Shown here one piece after another: positions 40,990 through 54,013 of a DNA stretch of 64,000 bases. The DNA lies in the NCBI RefSeq assembly GCF_006345805.1, contig NC_043006.1, positions 59,024,001-59,088,000 of the forward strand, in the 5' to 3' direction. The translations under genes were made by a program, and so were the position numbers. Below the pieces are notes generated by a model, which saw only the letters and a list, made by a program, of their open reading frames with translations, had not been told where the DNA came from and ran no database searches. The stretch is from Octopus sinensis (Eukaryota). Each line of letters starts with the position of its first letter. Within the stretch, counting starts at the first letter, position 1.

Positions 40990-43900
40990 GATGCCAAAGA
41001 CCCCCTTAAGTATCCTAGCTGTTTTCTGGATCTGTACTAAACTGGGTCTTATGCCTATTTCCTCTCGCCATCTGTTCAAATCTTTAGGGATAGTTCCAAA
41101 TGCACTTTTAACTACAGTGATACATTTTACCAGCACTCTCTGTAGTCTCTGTAATTCAATGTCTAGTGCCTGGTACTTTACTATTTACTCTTTGCCTCTC
41201 ATATTGATTTTCTCATCATTTGGGAATGTAAAGTAAGATATTTGGTACTTTCTATTCTCTTTATCTTCTAGTACTAAATCAGGCCTTCTAGCTTCTATTT
41301 CTCTGTCAGTTTGAACGTTAAAGTCCCACAACATCTTATATTTCTTACTTTCTAGTTCTTTACTAGGTTCATGTTCATATCATTTATCAGTATGTTCAAA
41401 TCTTAGCTTCCTACATAATTCCCAGTGGATTACTCTCCCTAAGTTGTCATGTCTTTTCTTGTATTCTTTCTGTGCCAGCATACTACATTCACTTATTATA
41501 CGAGTAACACTTTCCTCTTTTAATTTGCATACATACACTGGGAATCTACTTGATTTTTGTCTATCTTAGCTTTTATTTAATTAGTCCATAATGTTTGATC
41601 TTGTGCCGCTACTAACACATTTTCCGTCTTGTCTCCCTTTCTAGACTTCCTTTCTGCAACCATAACCTTCTATCATTGCTACTACTTGCTGCAACTATCT
41701 TTAGGTATCTACCATGCAAAGTCTTCTCCTGCATGTCAGATAACTTTTGTTCTATTTTCTTGTTTGTAACTTCATCTGGCGTTTTGGTTTCCCTATGTCC
41801 TGCTGTGACTCTAGCAGCTCTTAGTGAACTTTCTTCACTATTACGTACATATTTCTATTACTTGCGGATTGAGAAAAGTACATCATTGAAAGCATTCTTA
41901 AGCATGTTAAAGGTTAACAAGTGGTGTATAAGAATGCCCTAATAATATTAGCAGATCTTAATATTGTTGTTTCCTGGAAGATCTCTTATTTTCATTTTTA
42001 TAGGTAATTTATCAATTTTATCACAACAATGCTTGTGTATCATTGTAGTTGAACTAAAATTACAAATGGGATGATGAATATTGTCTTTAAGTGCCATAAT
42101 GTTTTTACTCTAGCTGATTTTCTGCTAGCTTCCGTTTATTATTATAGTGACTTGGTGTTGGTTGATTATTAATATACTGTTGTCATTTTTGTTGTGGTAA
42201 ATGACGTCAGATATATTACGTGCTATATAGTTGTCTACTTGTATTATAAAGATTGATAGTATTTTTGCATTATTGCTTCCTAAGGTGACGTTTATTATAA
42301 TTCCGACAGAGTTTTTTTTTCTCGAAGTAGTTAAAATTTAGTAGCTTGGCGCATCTAAAGCAGTTTTGCTACGTTATTGTGTCTCCAACTTTATTTTTTG
42401 TCGGAGTTAGTCTAGGGCATCTTAATACAATATAATAGAGTATTTCTGGAAAGAGAAAAGAACACAGTATCGTCAGAAGTTTAAAACTTGTATGTAACAA
42501 TTGTGAGTATTCTTTTCATTATAGCTAGAGGTTAATGTTTTGTTCTTGTATTGAAAATGTCATTCATTTGTTCCCCTAGACCAACGTTAAATGTTTTATT
42601 TATATATGAAACATCAAGTTCTTGGAAGTATTAGTCATGTAAAGGCATGTCTTTACGGTCGTTCAACATGTTGACCTACATGCCATCAGTATTACTAATT
42701 TTACAGATGCTTTAGAAAAAGGTTTTACTACTCTGAAAATAGATTTAATCTCTTGAGATTATTTTGCTGTTGCTGTCCTAATCAAGTTACTAATATAGAG
42801 TGGGCATACTAAAAAACGGGACTTAGAGAGCCTTCTTGTGGCTTGGAAAGATAACAGGCAACAGTATTAACTGCCATATTGTACTGATCTATGGTAGTTG
42901 ATAGTTCCTTAACCTCTTCTGTTCTTAGAATCTACAGTCGCTGAGTGACAGGTTATTATGTTTCACGTGGTGCTTTATTTCATAAGATTAAATCTGTTAA
43001 TATAGAATCTATATGTATTACTATAATCCATATTACAGAGCCGTATGGAATAAATGTTATTTCCAGTGTTTTAATAGTTTAGATGATATTTTGTTACTGT
43101 TTACTGAATCTACGTATGTTACTTATAATCCATATAGTACAAATATAACTGGTACTTCCAATGTCTTAATTGTACTGATTAGATTCTTAGTGTTACTATC
43201 TATAGAAAACATATATTACTAACAGTCTAGAACCGTATATTATGACTGGTACTTCTACTGTATCGATTGTACAGATAGTGATTTTTGCAGGATTCATAGA
43301 GTTGAGGGAAAAATATGGGGCCAAGGTTGATTTTTCTCTACATTTTTCAAGAGTTGACAAAAATATATGTATCAGTATTGGAATCCGTCTAATTGATTAA
43401 AAATTGTAGTCCTACGCCTATTTCCAGCCATACATGCTTTAGTTAAAATGACATATTATATCGATTTATATAATTATATCTAAATAATTATTATATTGAT
43501 ATACAATTTTGCATATTCTAATGAAGAAGGCTACGGGCCAGTATATTTTTTGTATTTTTCATTATATTTCTTCACTGTTGACCATTAATCAGTTACCTCC
43601 TTGATGAGTTATTAAAGACGTTCTTACCGTTGGCAAGTAATTAGAAAGTATTTATTGAATATTTGCATCATTCTTATTTCTAAGTAATTTATTCTAATTG
43701 ATTTATCATTCTCACATATGGCAATTCATCTATGATCATGCACATCACAAACATACGTTTCTTACTGTCTGTCCTATATTTTGTTCTTCCCTGTTCATGG
43801 TAAAATCATTTTGTGTTAGTGACAAATAGCTTGGTTATATAATTTTGCGTTCAACAATATTCTTTCGATATTCAAGATAATACATCCATTGTACTTAAGA

Positions 43901-44200
43901 CACGTTATTCATTCACTGAATGAAATCACTCACTCTTTTCCATTGCTACCAATTTCGTTGTATCTCTCTGTAACTTGTAATTTTGGGGACTTGACGGCCA
44001 TTATTGTCAAATTTAGAAAAATGTGTCTTTCCATATTTTTCAGTGACATCCTCTTTGCATTTGCAGCCTCTTAAAATCCAATCTGTCAGCATTTTTGTTC
44101 AGATGTTGTCATTTGTCATTGTAATTCTGAGATTTGAATGATTTAGGGATAATTTTCAGTTCATGTGAACTGAATAAAAATGTTTGAGTTTCAATACATG
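40990..44200 (-). mobile_element. Second long R4/Dong-type LINE with complete 3' end and (TAA)n tail (40855-40930); 5' two-thirds strongly decayed
   Basis: KTLHGRY, LVAAQDQ, CVYCKLKEESVTRIISECSMLAQKEYKKRHDNLGRVIHW, MLWDFNVQTDREIEARRPDLV and QKTARILKGVFGI*. The 42.0-44.2 kb assignment is weaker. Confidence 0.75.
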
Positions 44201-44357
44201 TTGAATGCATTTGCTTTCATTTATCCACCACAGTTGCAGCCCAGGGGGAAGTAAATTATATGATTTAATATGTATATGTGTGTGTGTGTGAGTGTTTGCG
44301 TGTACGTGCGTGTCCGTGCGTGCATGAGGGTGTGTGTGTGCGAGTATCTATATACGT

Positions 44358-44408
<51 letters not shown>

Positions 44409-44522
44409 AGTATATATGTATATATACTTGTATATACACACATACACACACAAACACATACGCATATATATATATATGTATATTTATGTATCTATATATC
44501 TATATATATTACATATATATAT

Positions 44523-44750
44523 TCTTTTATTTCAGCCATTTGCCTGCGGCCATGCTGAAGCACCGCCTTTAGTCGAGCAAATCGACCCCAGGGCTTATTC
44601 TTTGTAAGCCTAGTACTTATTCTATCGGTCTCTTTTGCCGCACCGCTAAATTACGGGGACGTAAACACACCAGCATCAAGCGATGTTGTGGGGACAAACA
44701 TAGACATATACACACACACACACCACACACACACACACATACATATATTA

Positions 44751-44802
<52 letters not shown>

Positions 44803-44952
44803 GGCGGTTTTCTTTCAGTTTCCATCCACGAAATTCACTCACAAGGCTTTGGTCGGCCCGAGGATATAGTAGAAGACACTTTGCGAAGGTGCCACGCAGT
44901 GGGACTGAACCCGGATGCATGTGGCTACTTACCACACAACCACTCCTGAAAC
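44523..44952 (-). mobile_element. S1 SINE, full length
   Basis: Head ggtttcaggagtggttgtgtggtaag through 3' aaaggcggtgcttcagcatggccgcaggcaaatggctgaaataaaag. Confidence 0.9.
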
Positions 44953-45125
44953 CAGATGTATGTGTGTGTGTATTTATAAAATTCAATTACAATACAATTA
45001 TTTCCTCTTTTAATCTTTTTCATTAGGGAATTCTCATAGTCATGTCTAAACACGCAACCGATATAAATATTTAGCACGTGGATTTTGAATCGGTCAAAGG
45101 TGTAGGTAGTGAAGCCTATATAAAT

Positions 45126-45496
45126 TTGACCACAATAAAATAAATTAACATGTAGCCACTGACGTGAAAACTTAATGGACGTAATGAAGCTTACAGTCGT
45201 GGCTGTATGATAAGAAGCTAGTTTCCGAACCACATGATGCCGAGTTCAGTTAACCTGCGTGACATCTTGGGTATTTTTTACTATATTCTTGGGCCGAGTA
45301 AAGCCTTGTGAGTGGATTTGGTAGACAGAAACTGAAAGAAGCCCGTCGTGTATGTATGTGTGTGCGTGCGCCATTAAGTGCTTTTGAGTCTGTGTTTGTC
45401 TCCCAGCACCACCGCTTGACAACCGGTGTTATTAACCGTATTTAAGCGGTTCGGTAAAAGACACCGATTTCAATAAATACTAAGCTTTAAAAAAGT
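45126..45496 (+). repeat. Left arm of a ~370 bp inverted duplication (non-SINE flank plus S1 SINE)
   Basis: Reverse complement of 46642-47011, with ~11 substitutions and small indels by eye. Confidence 0.92.
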
Positions 45497-45529
45497 AAAA
45501 CACAGGTTATAGGAACATGTTAATTCTGT

Positions 45530-45918
45530 AACCCTTTAAAATGGAAGATGAGAAAGTTCATTTTCGGCACTTGATGCTTTGGGAACCAGACAAAAATTGC
45601 TGCAGCTCGGCTGGGATGTGTTACCCTACCCTCCATATTCACCAGATATTGCTCCTTCGGATCTCCACTTATTCAGGTCTCTGCAGAATAGTCTTAATGG
45701 TAAAAAATTTCAATTCCATGGATGACGTAAAAAGATACCTTGATAAATTTTTTGCCATGAAACCACCTCAATTCTGGGAAGAGGGTATTTTCAAGCCAAA
45801 GAAAAGATGGAGATGCATTGTGCAACAAAATAATTTATATTTGGCTGATTAAAATGTAATGGCAAGTATTTATTGACCTTTTTCTTTCCTTTAAAAATCG
45901 GCACGAACTTTCCGGACA

Positions 45919-45924
<6 letters not shown>
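45530..45924 (+). mobile_element. Internally deleted mariner: N-terminus fused to C-terminus, with right TIR
   Basis: MEDEKVHFRHLMLWE joined to TRQKLLQLGWDVLPYPPYSPDIAPSDLHLFRSLQNSL...KRWRCIVQQNNLY; TIR aaatcggcacgaactttccggacaacccta; no left TIR upstream. Confidence 0.88.
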
Positions 45925-45976
<52 letters not shown>

Positions 45977-45977
<1 letters not shown>

Positions 45978-46390
45978 TCTTTACCTGTTTCAGTCATTTG
46001 ACTATGGCCATGCTGGAACACCACCTTTAGTCGACCAAATCGACCCCAGAACTTATTCTTTGTAAGCATTGAACTGATTCTATCGGTCTCTTTTTCCGAA
46101 CCACTAAGTTACGGGGGCGTAAACACACCAGCATCGGTTGTCAGGCGATGTTGGGGGGTGGGGGACTCTCCCGTCGATGACGAGGAATGTGTCTTCGGCG
46201 TTTGCCGAAAAAGCTGCACAAATGATTTGTTTTTAGTGATCAAATGTATGTGCTGTACATTAGCTCACTTCATCCATATAATCAATTTTGCCTAACGAGT
46301 AGTACGGTGTGCCACGCATCGGGTGTCGAGGTGATCGCAGAGCAACGTGAGATAAAACGTTTTGCTCAAAAACACAACGCACCACGATAT
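45977..46390 (-). mobile_element. S1 SINE 3' half (45977-46165) abutting an S3a SINE (46165-46390)
   Basis: cagtcatttgactatggccatgctggaacacc (S1 tail) and ggactctcccgtcgatgacgagg...gatcgcagagcaacgtga (S3a). Confidence 0.8.
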
Positions 46391-46641
46391 TCAAAGCTTG
46401 CCTTTGATTTTTCTTTTTTATTAAATGCATGACTTTATGATAGTTTTTGCGCTACAGTTTCTTCATATTTTCGTATCATTTTTCTTTTCTATGTTGCCTT
46501 CAAGCAATAAATTTCCAAGATCTATTTTTTATATATCTTTCATTTTTTTATATATCTTTCATCCTCTATTATTTATTTGTTTTAGTGCTGGGACACTGCC
46601 TTAAAGAGTTTTTTTTTTACTCGAACAACTCAACCCCCAGG

Positions 46642-47011
46642 ACTTTTTTTTTAAAGCTTAGTATTTATTGAAATCGGTGTCTTTTACCGAACCGCTTAAA
46701 TACATTAACACCGGTTGTCAAGTGGTGGTGCTGGGAGACAAACACAGGCTCAGAAGCACTCAATGGCGCACATACACACATACATACACGACGGGCTTCT
46801 TTCAGTTTCTGTCTACCAAATCCACTCACAAGGTTTTACTCGGCCCAAGAATATAGTAAAAAATACCCAAGATGTCACGCAGGTTAATTGAACTCGACAT
46901 CATGTGGTTCGGAAACTAGCTTCTTATCATGCAGCCACGACTGTAAGCTTCATTACGTCCATTAAGTTTTCACGTCAGTAGCTACATGTTAATTTATTTT
47001 ATTGTGGTCAA
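46642..47011 (-). repeat. Right arm of the inverted duplication
   Basis: See 45126-45496. Confidence 0.92.
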
Positions 47012-47156
47012 GCTATCTTTTCCACGAAAAGATAGCTTAAACTGTGCTCTAAATAGGGGTGTAGTCAAATCCTATTCTATGGACTCAAACATGTTCTAAA
47101 ATAAGTCGAAATGTAAGCTACTATAAATCGGCAAGAATTTTCCGGACAACCCAATA
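47012..47156 (-). mobile_element. Orphan mariner end (TIR plus ~110 bp), probably the displaced left end of the 45530-45924 element
   Basis: aaatcggcaagaattttccggacaaccc matches the TIR at 45895-45922 (2 mismatches) in the same orientation, but the adjoining internal sequence differs and has no transposase C-terminus. Confidence 0.65.
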
Positions 47157-47289
47157 TATATATATCAGGTACATGCCGTCACTACTCAGAGTAGGCAATT
47201 GGTGACCTCTATATAGCAAGACAAACAAAAAATAATCGAAATATAGTCGCGCGACTGAGTCGGAGGCAAACGTACTTCTGCCTTTATAG

Positions 47290-47715
47290 CACGTAAAGAA
47301 AAGGTTGTAGGAAAGTATGCAGCACGTGTACTCATACCCAAATCTTCAGAGGTAATGAACTGAACTAAACGCAACTAATCAGCACATCCTCTGATAACTC
47401 GCGGATAATGAATCAGCGATTTTCCCTCACAGCTGCGCGCACATCTGCGATGTTTTCTCAGTTGTGCTGGTTGCGGGTCTCCCAGAACATTCGTCAATAT
47501 CGACATTTTTCGGCCATCTTGGAAACGTTTGAACCACTCGTACACTTGTGTGCAGCTCATACACTTCTCTCCATACGCTTTTTACGACTTTGAGTAGACA
47601 ACTGAGCAGGTCTCTGTCATGGTCAATGCGATGATCACACACTACACACCTTCCTTCCAAGCACTGTTGTAAATAGCGGAAGTGAGCTAGAACGTTAAAA
47701 CCTCGTGTATATGCA
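47290..47715 (-). mobile_element. Mariner 5' fragment (HTH region) of another family
   Basis: MSCTQVYEWFKRFQDGR, DECSGRPATSTTE and ITSEDLGM. Confidence 0.8.
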
Positions 47716-47809
47716 CAGCAGAGTTCAAGCTCAATATTTGCCAAGCAGCTTTACTCTACATGCTTTAGCTTCGTTACTATGGAAAAAGTACGGATACTTA
47801 TTAATCAGA

Positions 47810-47854
<45 letters not shown>

Positions 47855-47972
47855 CAAACACACACACACACACATGTATATATATGGTGGTTCTTTGTCG
47901 TTTGACAATGAGGAGGACTCAGTTGTTCTGTAAACTAAATATTACGGAGATGTACTTGTGCTGAAACAAAAA

Positions 47973-48125
47973 ACAATTGCAGCGTGGAACGTGTTTATAA
48001 GAGATTTAAAAACACACAAAAAACCGTTAGATTGACTTCAACATTTAAATTTAAATATTGAAGTCAATGTAACTGCTTTTGTGTGGTTTTAAATGGCTTA
48101 TAAGTAGCTTCCACGCTGCAGTTGT
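47973..48125. repeat. 153-bp fold-back palindrome (MITE-like)
   Basis: acaattgcagcgtggaa...ttccacgctgcagttgt termini; gattgacttcaa/ttgaagtcaat near the centre. Confidence 0.85.
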
Positions 48126-48489
48126 CTGAATATAATACTTAACATGTTAATGACAGAGTATTCCCACATACGCTTATTCGTTTAAAGAAATTCGCGAGTA
48201 GAATCGGGGGGGGGGGGGACTCAATGGAGTGACAAAGCTGTTTATGCATGTTCAATACACTCGATTTGCTTTTATACAGCTTACATCTAATCGCAGGTTC
48301 CCCTGTAACGGCATGGTCGAACTGACTTCATGATTGCGTGGTGTACTTCTTAACCATTCGACCATAGAACACGTGTATATGCATATACTTACAAACATGC
48401 ATACACATACATATCTATGTACACACACACACACACTCAACATAGCTACATATATATATATATATATATATAATATATATATATATATA

Positions 48490-48528
<39 letters not shown>

Positions 48529-48694
48529 CTATATATATATATATCCACACTATATACGCATATAAGTATGTATATATGTACATGTAACATGTACATATAT
48601 CTCTATATGTGAGTGAGTATATATATATATTTCGTTTTGGGATTTCGTTTGCAAGATTCTTTATATGAGTTCGTGTGTTGGAGCATATTCTTTT

Positions 48695-48945
48695 GAGTCT
48701 GGGAAGAGCCATTTTCTTTTTGTGCCTAATAATGTAACACACTCACAGGTAAAATTTCCACTTATTTCTAATTTCTATTTTCCAAAAATTTTCCTTGCGT
48801 CTTGCAACCTTTTCAATAGTCTTGACTCTTGAACTCTTGCAAGATGCAACGAAAATTTTAGAAAAATAAAAATAAGAAATAAGTGGAAATTTTACTTTTA
48901 CATTATAAGCCACAAAAAGAAAATGGCTCTCCCGAGACACAACAG

Positions 48946-48947
<2 letters not shown>
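48695..48947. repeat. ~250-bp fold-back element (MITE-like)
   Basis: gagccattttctttttgtg...aaaatttccacttatttct...cttgca vs tgcaag...agaaataagtggaaatttt...cacaaaaagaaaatggctc; loop ~28 nt. Confidence 0.85.
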
Positions 48948-49002
<55 letters not shown>

Positions 49003-49364
49003 AATTTATATATGTATGTATTATTATGCATATGAATGTATGCATGTATATATAAATGTATACATGCACATAAGCCAGATACAGGTAGGTACCAGTGGAA
49101 ATAGTAGAATCCTATGCGGAAGTGTTATGGTATTTAGTTTCACCTCCTATCAATCGTATAGACATTATTAAAGTGTATCTGAACTGCAGAAAGTACAATG
49201 TCTGGATTATTTGTCTAGTTTAGCACACGAAAGTTGCAAGTTCAGATCTTATCTGGTTATTAAGAAATAAAACAGCATTGAATGAGTGACCTCCATGTAT
49301 GTGTGTGTGTGCGTATGTACACCACACACACACACACACACCACACACACACACACACACACAC

Positions 49365-49733
49365 TGCGGCCATGCTGGAGCACCACCTTTAGTCGAGCAA
49401 CTCGACCCCGGGACTTATTCTTTGTAAGCCCAGTACTTATTCTATCGGTCTCTTTTGCCAAACCGCTAAGTGACGGCGACGTAAACACACAAGCATCAGT
49501 TGTCAAGCAATGCTGGAGGGATAAACACAGACACACAAACATACACACACACATATATATATACATATATACGACGGGCTTCTTTCAGTTTCCGTCTACC
49601 AAATCCGCTCACAAGGCTTTGGTCGGCCCGAGGCTATAGTAGAAGACACTTGCCCAAGATGCCACGCAGTGGGACTGAACCCGGAACCATGTGGTTGGTA
49701 AGCTAGCTACTTACCACACAGCCACTCCTGCGC
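49365..49733 (-). mobile_element. S1 SINE, well preserved
   Basis: ggcgcaggagtggctgtgtggtaagtagc...gttccgggttcagtcccactgcgtggcatcttgggcaagtg through ccagcatggccgcag. Confidence 0.92.
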
Positions 49734-49975
49734 CCTATATATATATATATATATATGTGTGGATAAATAACCCTCAGTTAACCGTCCATTAAAGCTATAT
49801 CGCCTGAAGAAAGGAATCCACGAAGATTATCCACTCGATACCCATGGGTACTACAGATTACACTAATCATCCCAGGAATACGGTCTGTGATCTTAAGAGA
49901 CATGTAACTTGTGGAAACGCGCGTAGCGATGCACTGAAGTGTTTATAAATTCCATCCAAAGATTATTGTTATTAT

Positions 49976-50022
<47 letters not shown>

Positions 50023-50129
50023 GTATATATATGCACAAATCTATCTAGCTATCCATATTCTATATTATATATATATATATATATAATATATATATACAAT
50101 ATATATATATATACATATTATATATATAT

Positions 50130-50164
<35 letters not shown>

Positions 50165-50171
50165 GATTATA

Positions 50172-50215
<44 letters not shown>

Positions 50216-51295
50216 ATATAATATAATAATATATATCGATTTTTTTGTCAACGATTCTTTAAATCATATATACTGACTCAGTCTGTTTGATAGAATATCT
50301 TGACACTACATCATGTATTGAATGCGGCTTTCTTTCGTATATACACAGCTGTGTGTCTGCCTATCTATCCCTCTGTCTTCCTGTTTGTCTGTCTCTTTCC
50401 ATCGGTCAGCCTGTCCGTAACTGTGTAGGTACATAGTTTGGATATACGCAGGAAATGGAAAAATATGTTCAATACAAATGTTTGAATTTAATCATTCATT
50501 TCTCCAATCCGCTATCGATAATTTGATTCGTCTTTACTCCGAGTTTCTTGCCACGTGGAATCTTTCATGCAAAAGAGATGATTCTTCATATTTTGGGCGC
50601 AAGTATCGAGAAACCTTGAGTAGATGCGAAGTGTAACAGAGATGGACAACGAGATATGTAAGGGATAAAGACAAAACTAAGAGAGATAGTGAACGATAGA
50701 TTGATGGAGAGATGGATAGACAGATAGACAGATAAAGAGAAAAAAAAAATTGTAAGAAGGGTAGAATGTGATCAATATCGGTTTTATATCTCATTTAATA
50801 CATTCATTACATCTCTCCGTGGACAATTAGATATGTCTATTTACATTATCGACATGACAAGTGATTTCTATCCGTGTGCTCAGCTCTGTGTAAACATTAG
50901 AGCTATAACCCTTGATAGATAGCCTCATGTACTTGTTGCGCATCGCTGACCAGTACCATACGCGCGCACGCGCACACAAAAACACACGCACATGCATACA
51001 TGCATACAACATAATACACACAAGCGCAGACATATACACACACTTTGATACATGCAAATATACATGCATGTGTGTTTATACACACAGACACAAACACACA
51101 CACACACACACACCACACACACACACATATATATATGACACGCATACACCCACACACACACATTCACACTTACAATGCATAACTCTCACATATATACAAA
51201 ATGCACACATTTCTATACACTCACACCACACACACCACACACACACAGAAACAAATATATATATATATATATATATGTACCTATGCATACATAAG

Positions 51296-51331
<36 letters not shown>

Positions 51332-51584
51332 CTTATATGTGTGTGTGTGCATGTGTGTACATTCACATATACACATGCACACAGAAACACTCACCCGCGC
51401 GCGCACACACACACGCACGCACGCACATGCACATACACTTACACACACACATGCAACTGAAAAAGTATACTTCAAAAGGACGAAACTACATCAGGGAAAG
51501 CAGATTCATATAAACACCCATCCATATACACGCTTTCGTTCATATGAATATTTATACACAGAGAGTGACACATATACAAACGAA

Positions 51585-52110
51585 TAGTTATGAATACATA
51601 CATACATACATACATACATACATACATACATGCATACATGCATACATACCATACATACATACATACATACATACACATACATGTATACATACATACATAC
51701 ATACATACATACATACATACATACATACATACATAACATACATACATACTACACATACATACATACATACATACAGACATACATACATACATACATACTA
51801 CATACATATATACATACCATACATACATACATACCATACATACATACCTACCTACATTATACCATACATACATACATACATACATACATACATACATACA
51901 TACATACATACATACATACATACATACATGTATACATACATACATACATACATACATACATACATACATACATACCATACATACCACATACATACATACG
52001 TACGTGCATATTTTCATAAATTTCAGTATATACAGATGTATTTATATTGTGTGTGTAATGTTAATACATGTATATACATATACATATATACATCTAATTA
52101 TATATACATA

Positions 52111-52162
<52 letters not shown>

Positions 52163-52165
52163 CAG
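51585..52165. repeat. Long (TACA)n then (TA)n microsatellite
   Basis: Directly visible. Confidence 0.95.
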
Positions 52166-52822
52166 TGACAATGACGTAAACACTTTATAAATAAAAGTAG
52201 AGAGCTATGATTTTGTACACATTTATATACACATTTATGTATGCACACATGTACGGTGATGCATATATATTTGTATATATATTTGTGTGTGTGTGTGTGT
52301 GTGTTGTATGCAGAAACATATATGCATACATGCATTTGTAAATACATACTTAAACGCACTTTTATATACATGTAGGTAAATATATATGTATATATACATA
52401 TATATGTGTGTGTGTGTATGTGTGCTTGTTTCTATATGTATGTGTGTATGCATATATATGTATATGCATGTGAGTGTATGTGTGTGCTTGAGGGTATACT
52501 ATCTACTTGTATGATAGAAAGAAAACGTTGAAGGTCAAGGTTAACGTCGATACTGTAAACGTACGAAAGGAGACGGAGAGGTTTAGTAAGTGAGAAATTG
52601 CTGAGTAAGCAATATGATTCAATAATCATTCATACATAATACACAGACACACACATAAACTTGTTTATATTGTATACATACATATATGCATACATATCTA
52701 CGTCTATAACTGTATATACATTGTATAACTATATGGTAAAACTATACTACACACATGCCTTTATGTAATATATATGTGTATATATATATATATATATAAT
52801 ATATATATATATAGATATATAG

Positions 52823-52858
<36 letters not shown>

Positions 52859-53140
52859 ATATGTGTGTGTGTGTACTTTATATATGTGTGTCGTTTTTTG
52901 TATCTGACTCTCCCTATGTATTTATGTACATATATAAACAGATATGTGTGTGTGTTTGAGCGCGTGTGCCCGTGTCTGTTCGTGCGATCGTGTGTGTGTT
53001 ACATGAATAGCCGTGATACTAGATAAACTTTGAGTTCCTACATTGTAATATCTGATATTTTATAAGTATATAATCTCCATATATCGTTAACGTTTTCTCA
53101 TTTGGTAATACTATAAACATACATATAGATATACATATAC

Positions 53141-53184
<44 letters not shown>

Positions 53185-53318
53185 ATATATATAAATTATA
53201 AAGAAGACAAATAAACCATAACAGACGAAGTGAATGCATTTATTTGAAATTTGTGCATATAATTTATAGATATATATATGTATATATATAATATATATAT
53301 ATATAATATATATATATA

Positions 53319-53383
<65 letters not shown>

Positions 53384-53811
53384 AATAGATAGATAGATCG
53401 ATAGGTAGATAGATATATTATTGTGCATATGTGTTTGTATGTGTGTATGTGTGTACGCATAAGCATGTATATATGCGGGTTGTTTACGGGTTGTGTTCTT
53501 GCATGTACGAGAAAAGTTACAACGAAACGACGTATTCTGTCAGAGTCCACGTTTAGGTGCATCACCTTATGCTGGTAAGCAAAGACATGCATACCCGCGA
53601 GTGTGTGTGTGTGATTGTGTGTGTGATTGTGTGTGCATGCGTGTGCATGTGTGTGTGTTTTAATGTGTATATGTGCTTGAGTTTTGTGATCGCAATAATG
53701 ACAGTGTGATTAGTTCTGTAACGTGTGGTTACATAAAACTGTTAACACCAGTAAAATACAGCTGAGAACAAATTGTGATGTTGGCGACAGTTTTGATTAG
53801 CAAAGCGAGAG

Positions 53812-53851
53812 AGATGGATACATAGATATACAGATAGATAGATAGATAGAC

Positions 53852-53936
<85 letters not shown>

Positions 53937-53982
53937 GACAGATAGATAGACAGATAGATAGATAGACAGATAGAGATAGAGG
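53812..53982. repeat. (GATA/GACA)n microsatellite ~30 nt inside the intron from the exon-1 donor
   Basis: Directly visible. Confidence 0.95.
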
Positions 53983-54013
53983 TGGGTAGGAAGGATCACT
54001 CCGTATTACTTAC

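Noticed and set aside
51472-52179. 181-211 aa ORFs; likewise all YI/HT/CV-rich ORFs across the window
   Set aside because: (TACA)n, (TA)n and (CA)n lack stops in some frames; not protein-coding evidence.
52500-52600. Good branch point/acceptor (tttacag at 52553) 1.5 kb into the intron
   Set aside because: The phase-1 reading (VSTLTLTFNVFFLSYK*) stops quickly, lacks the expected Cys and has no consensus donor.
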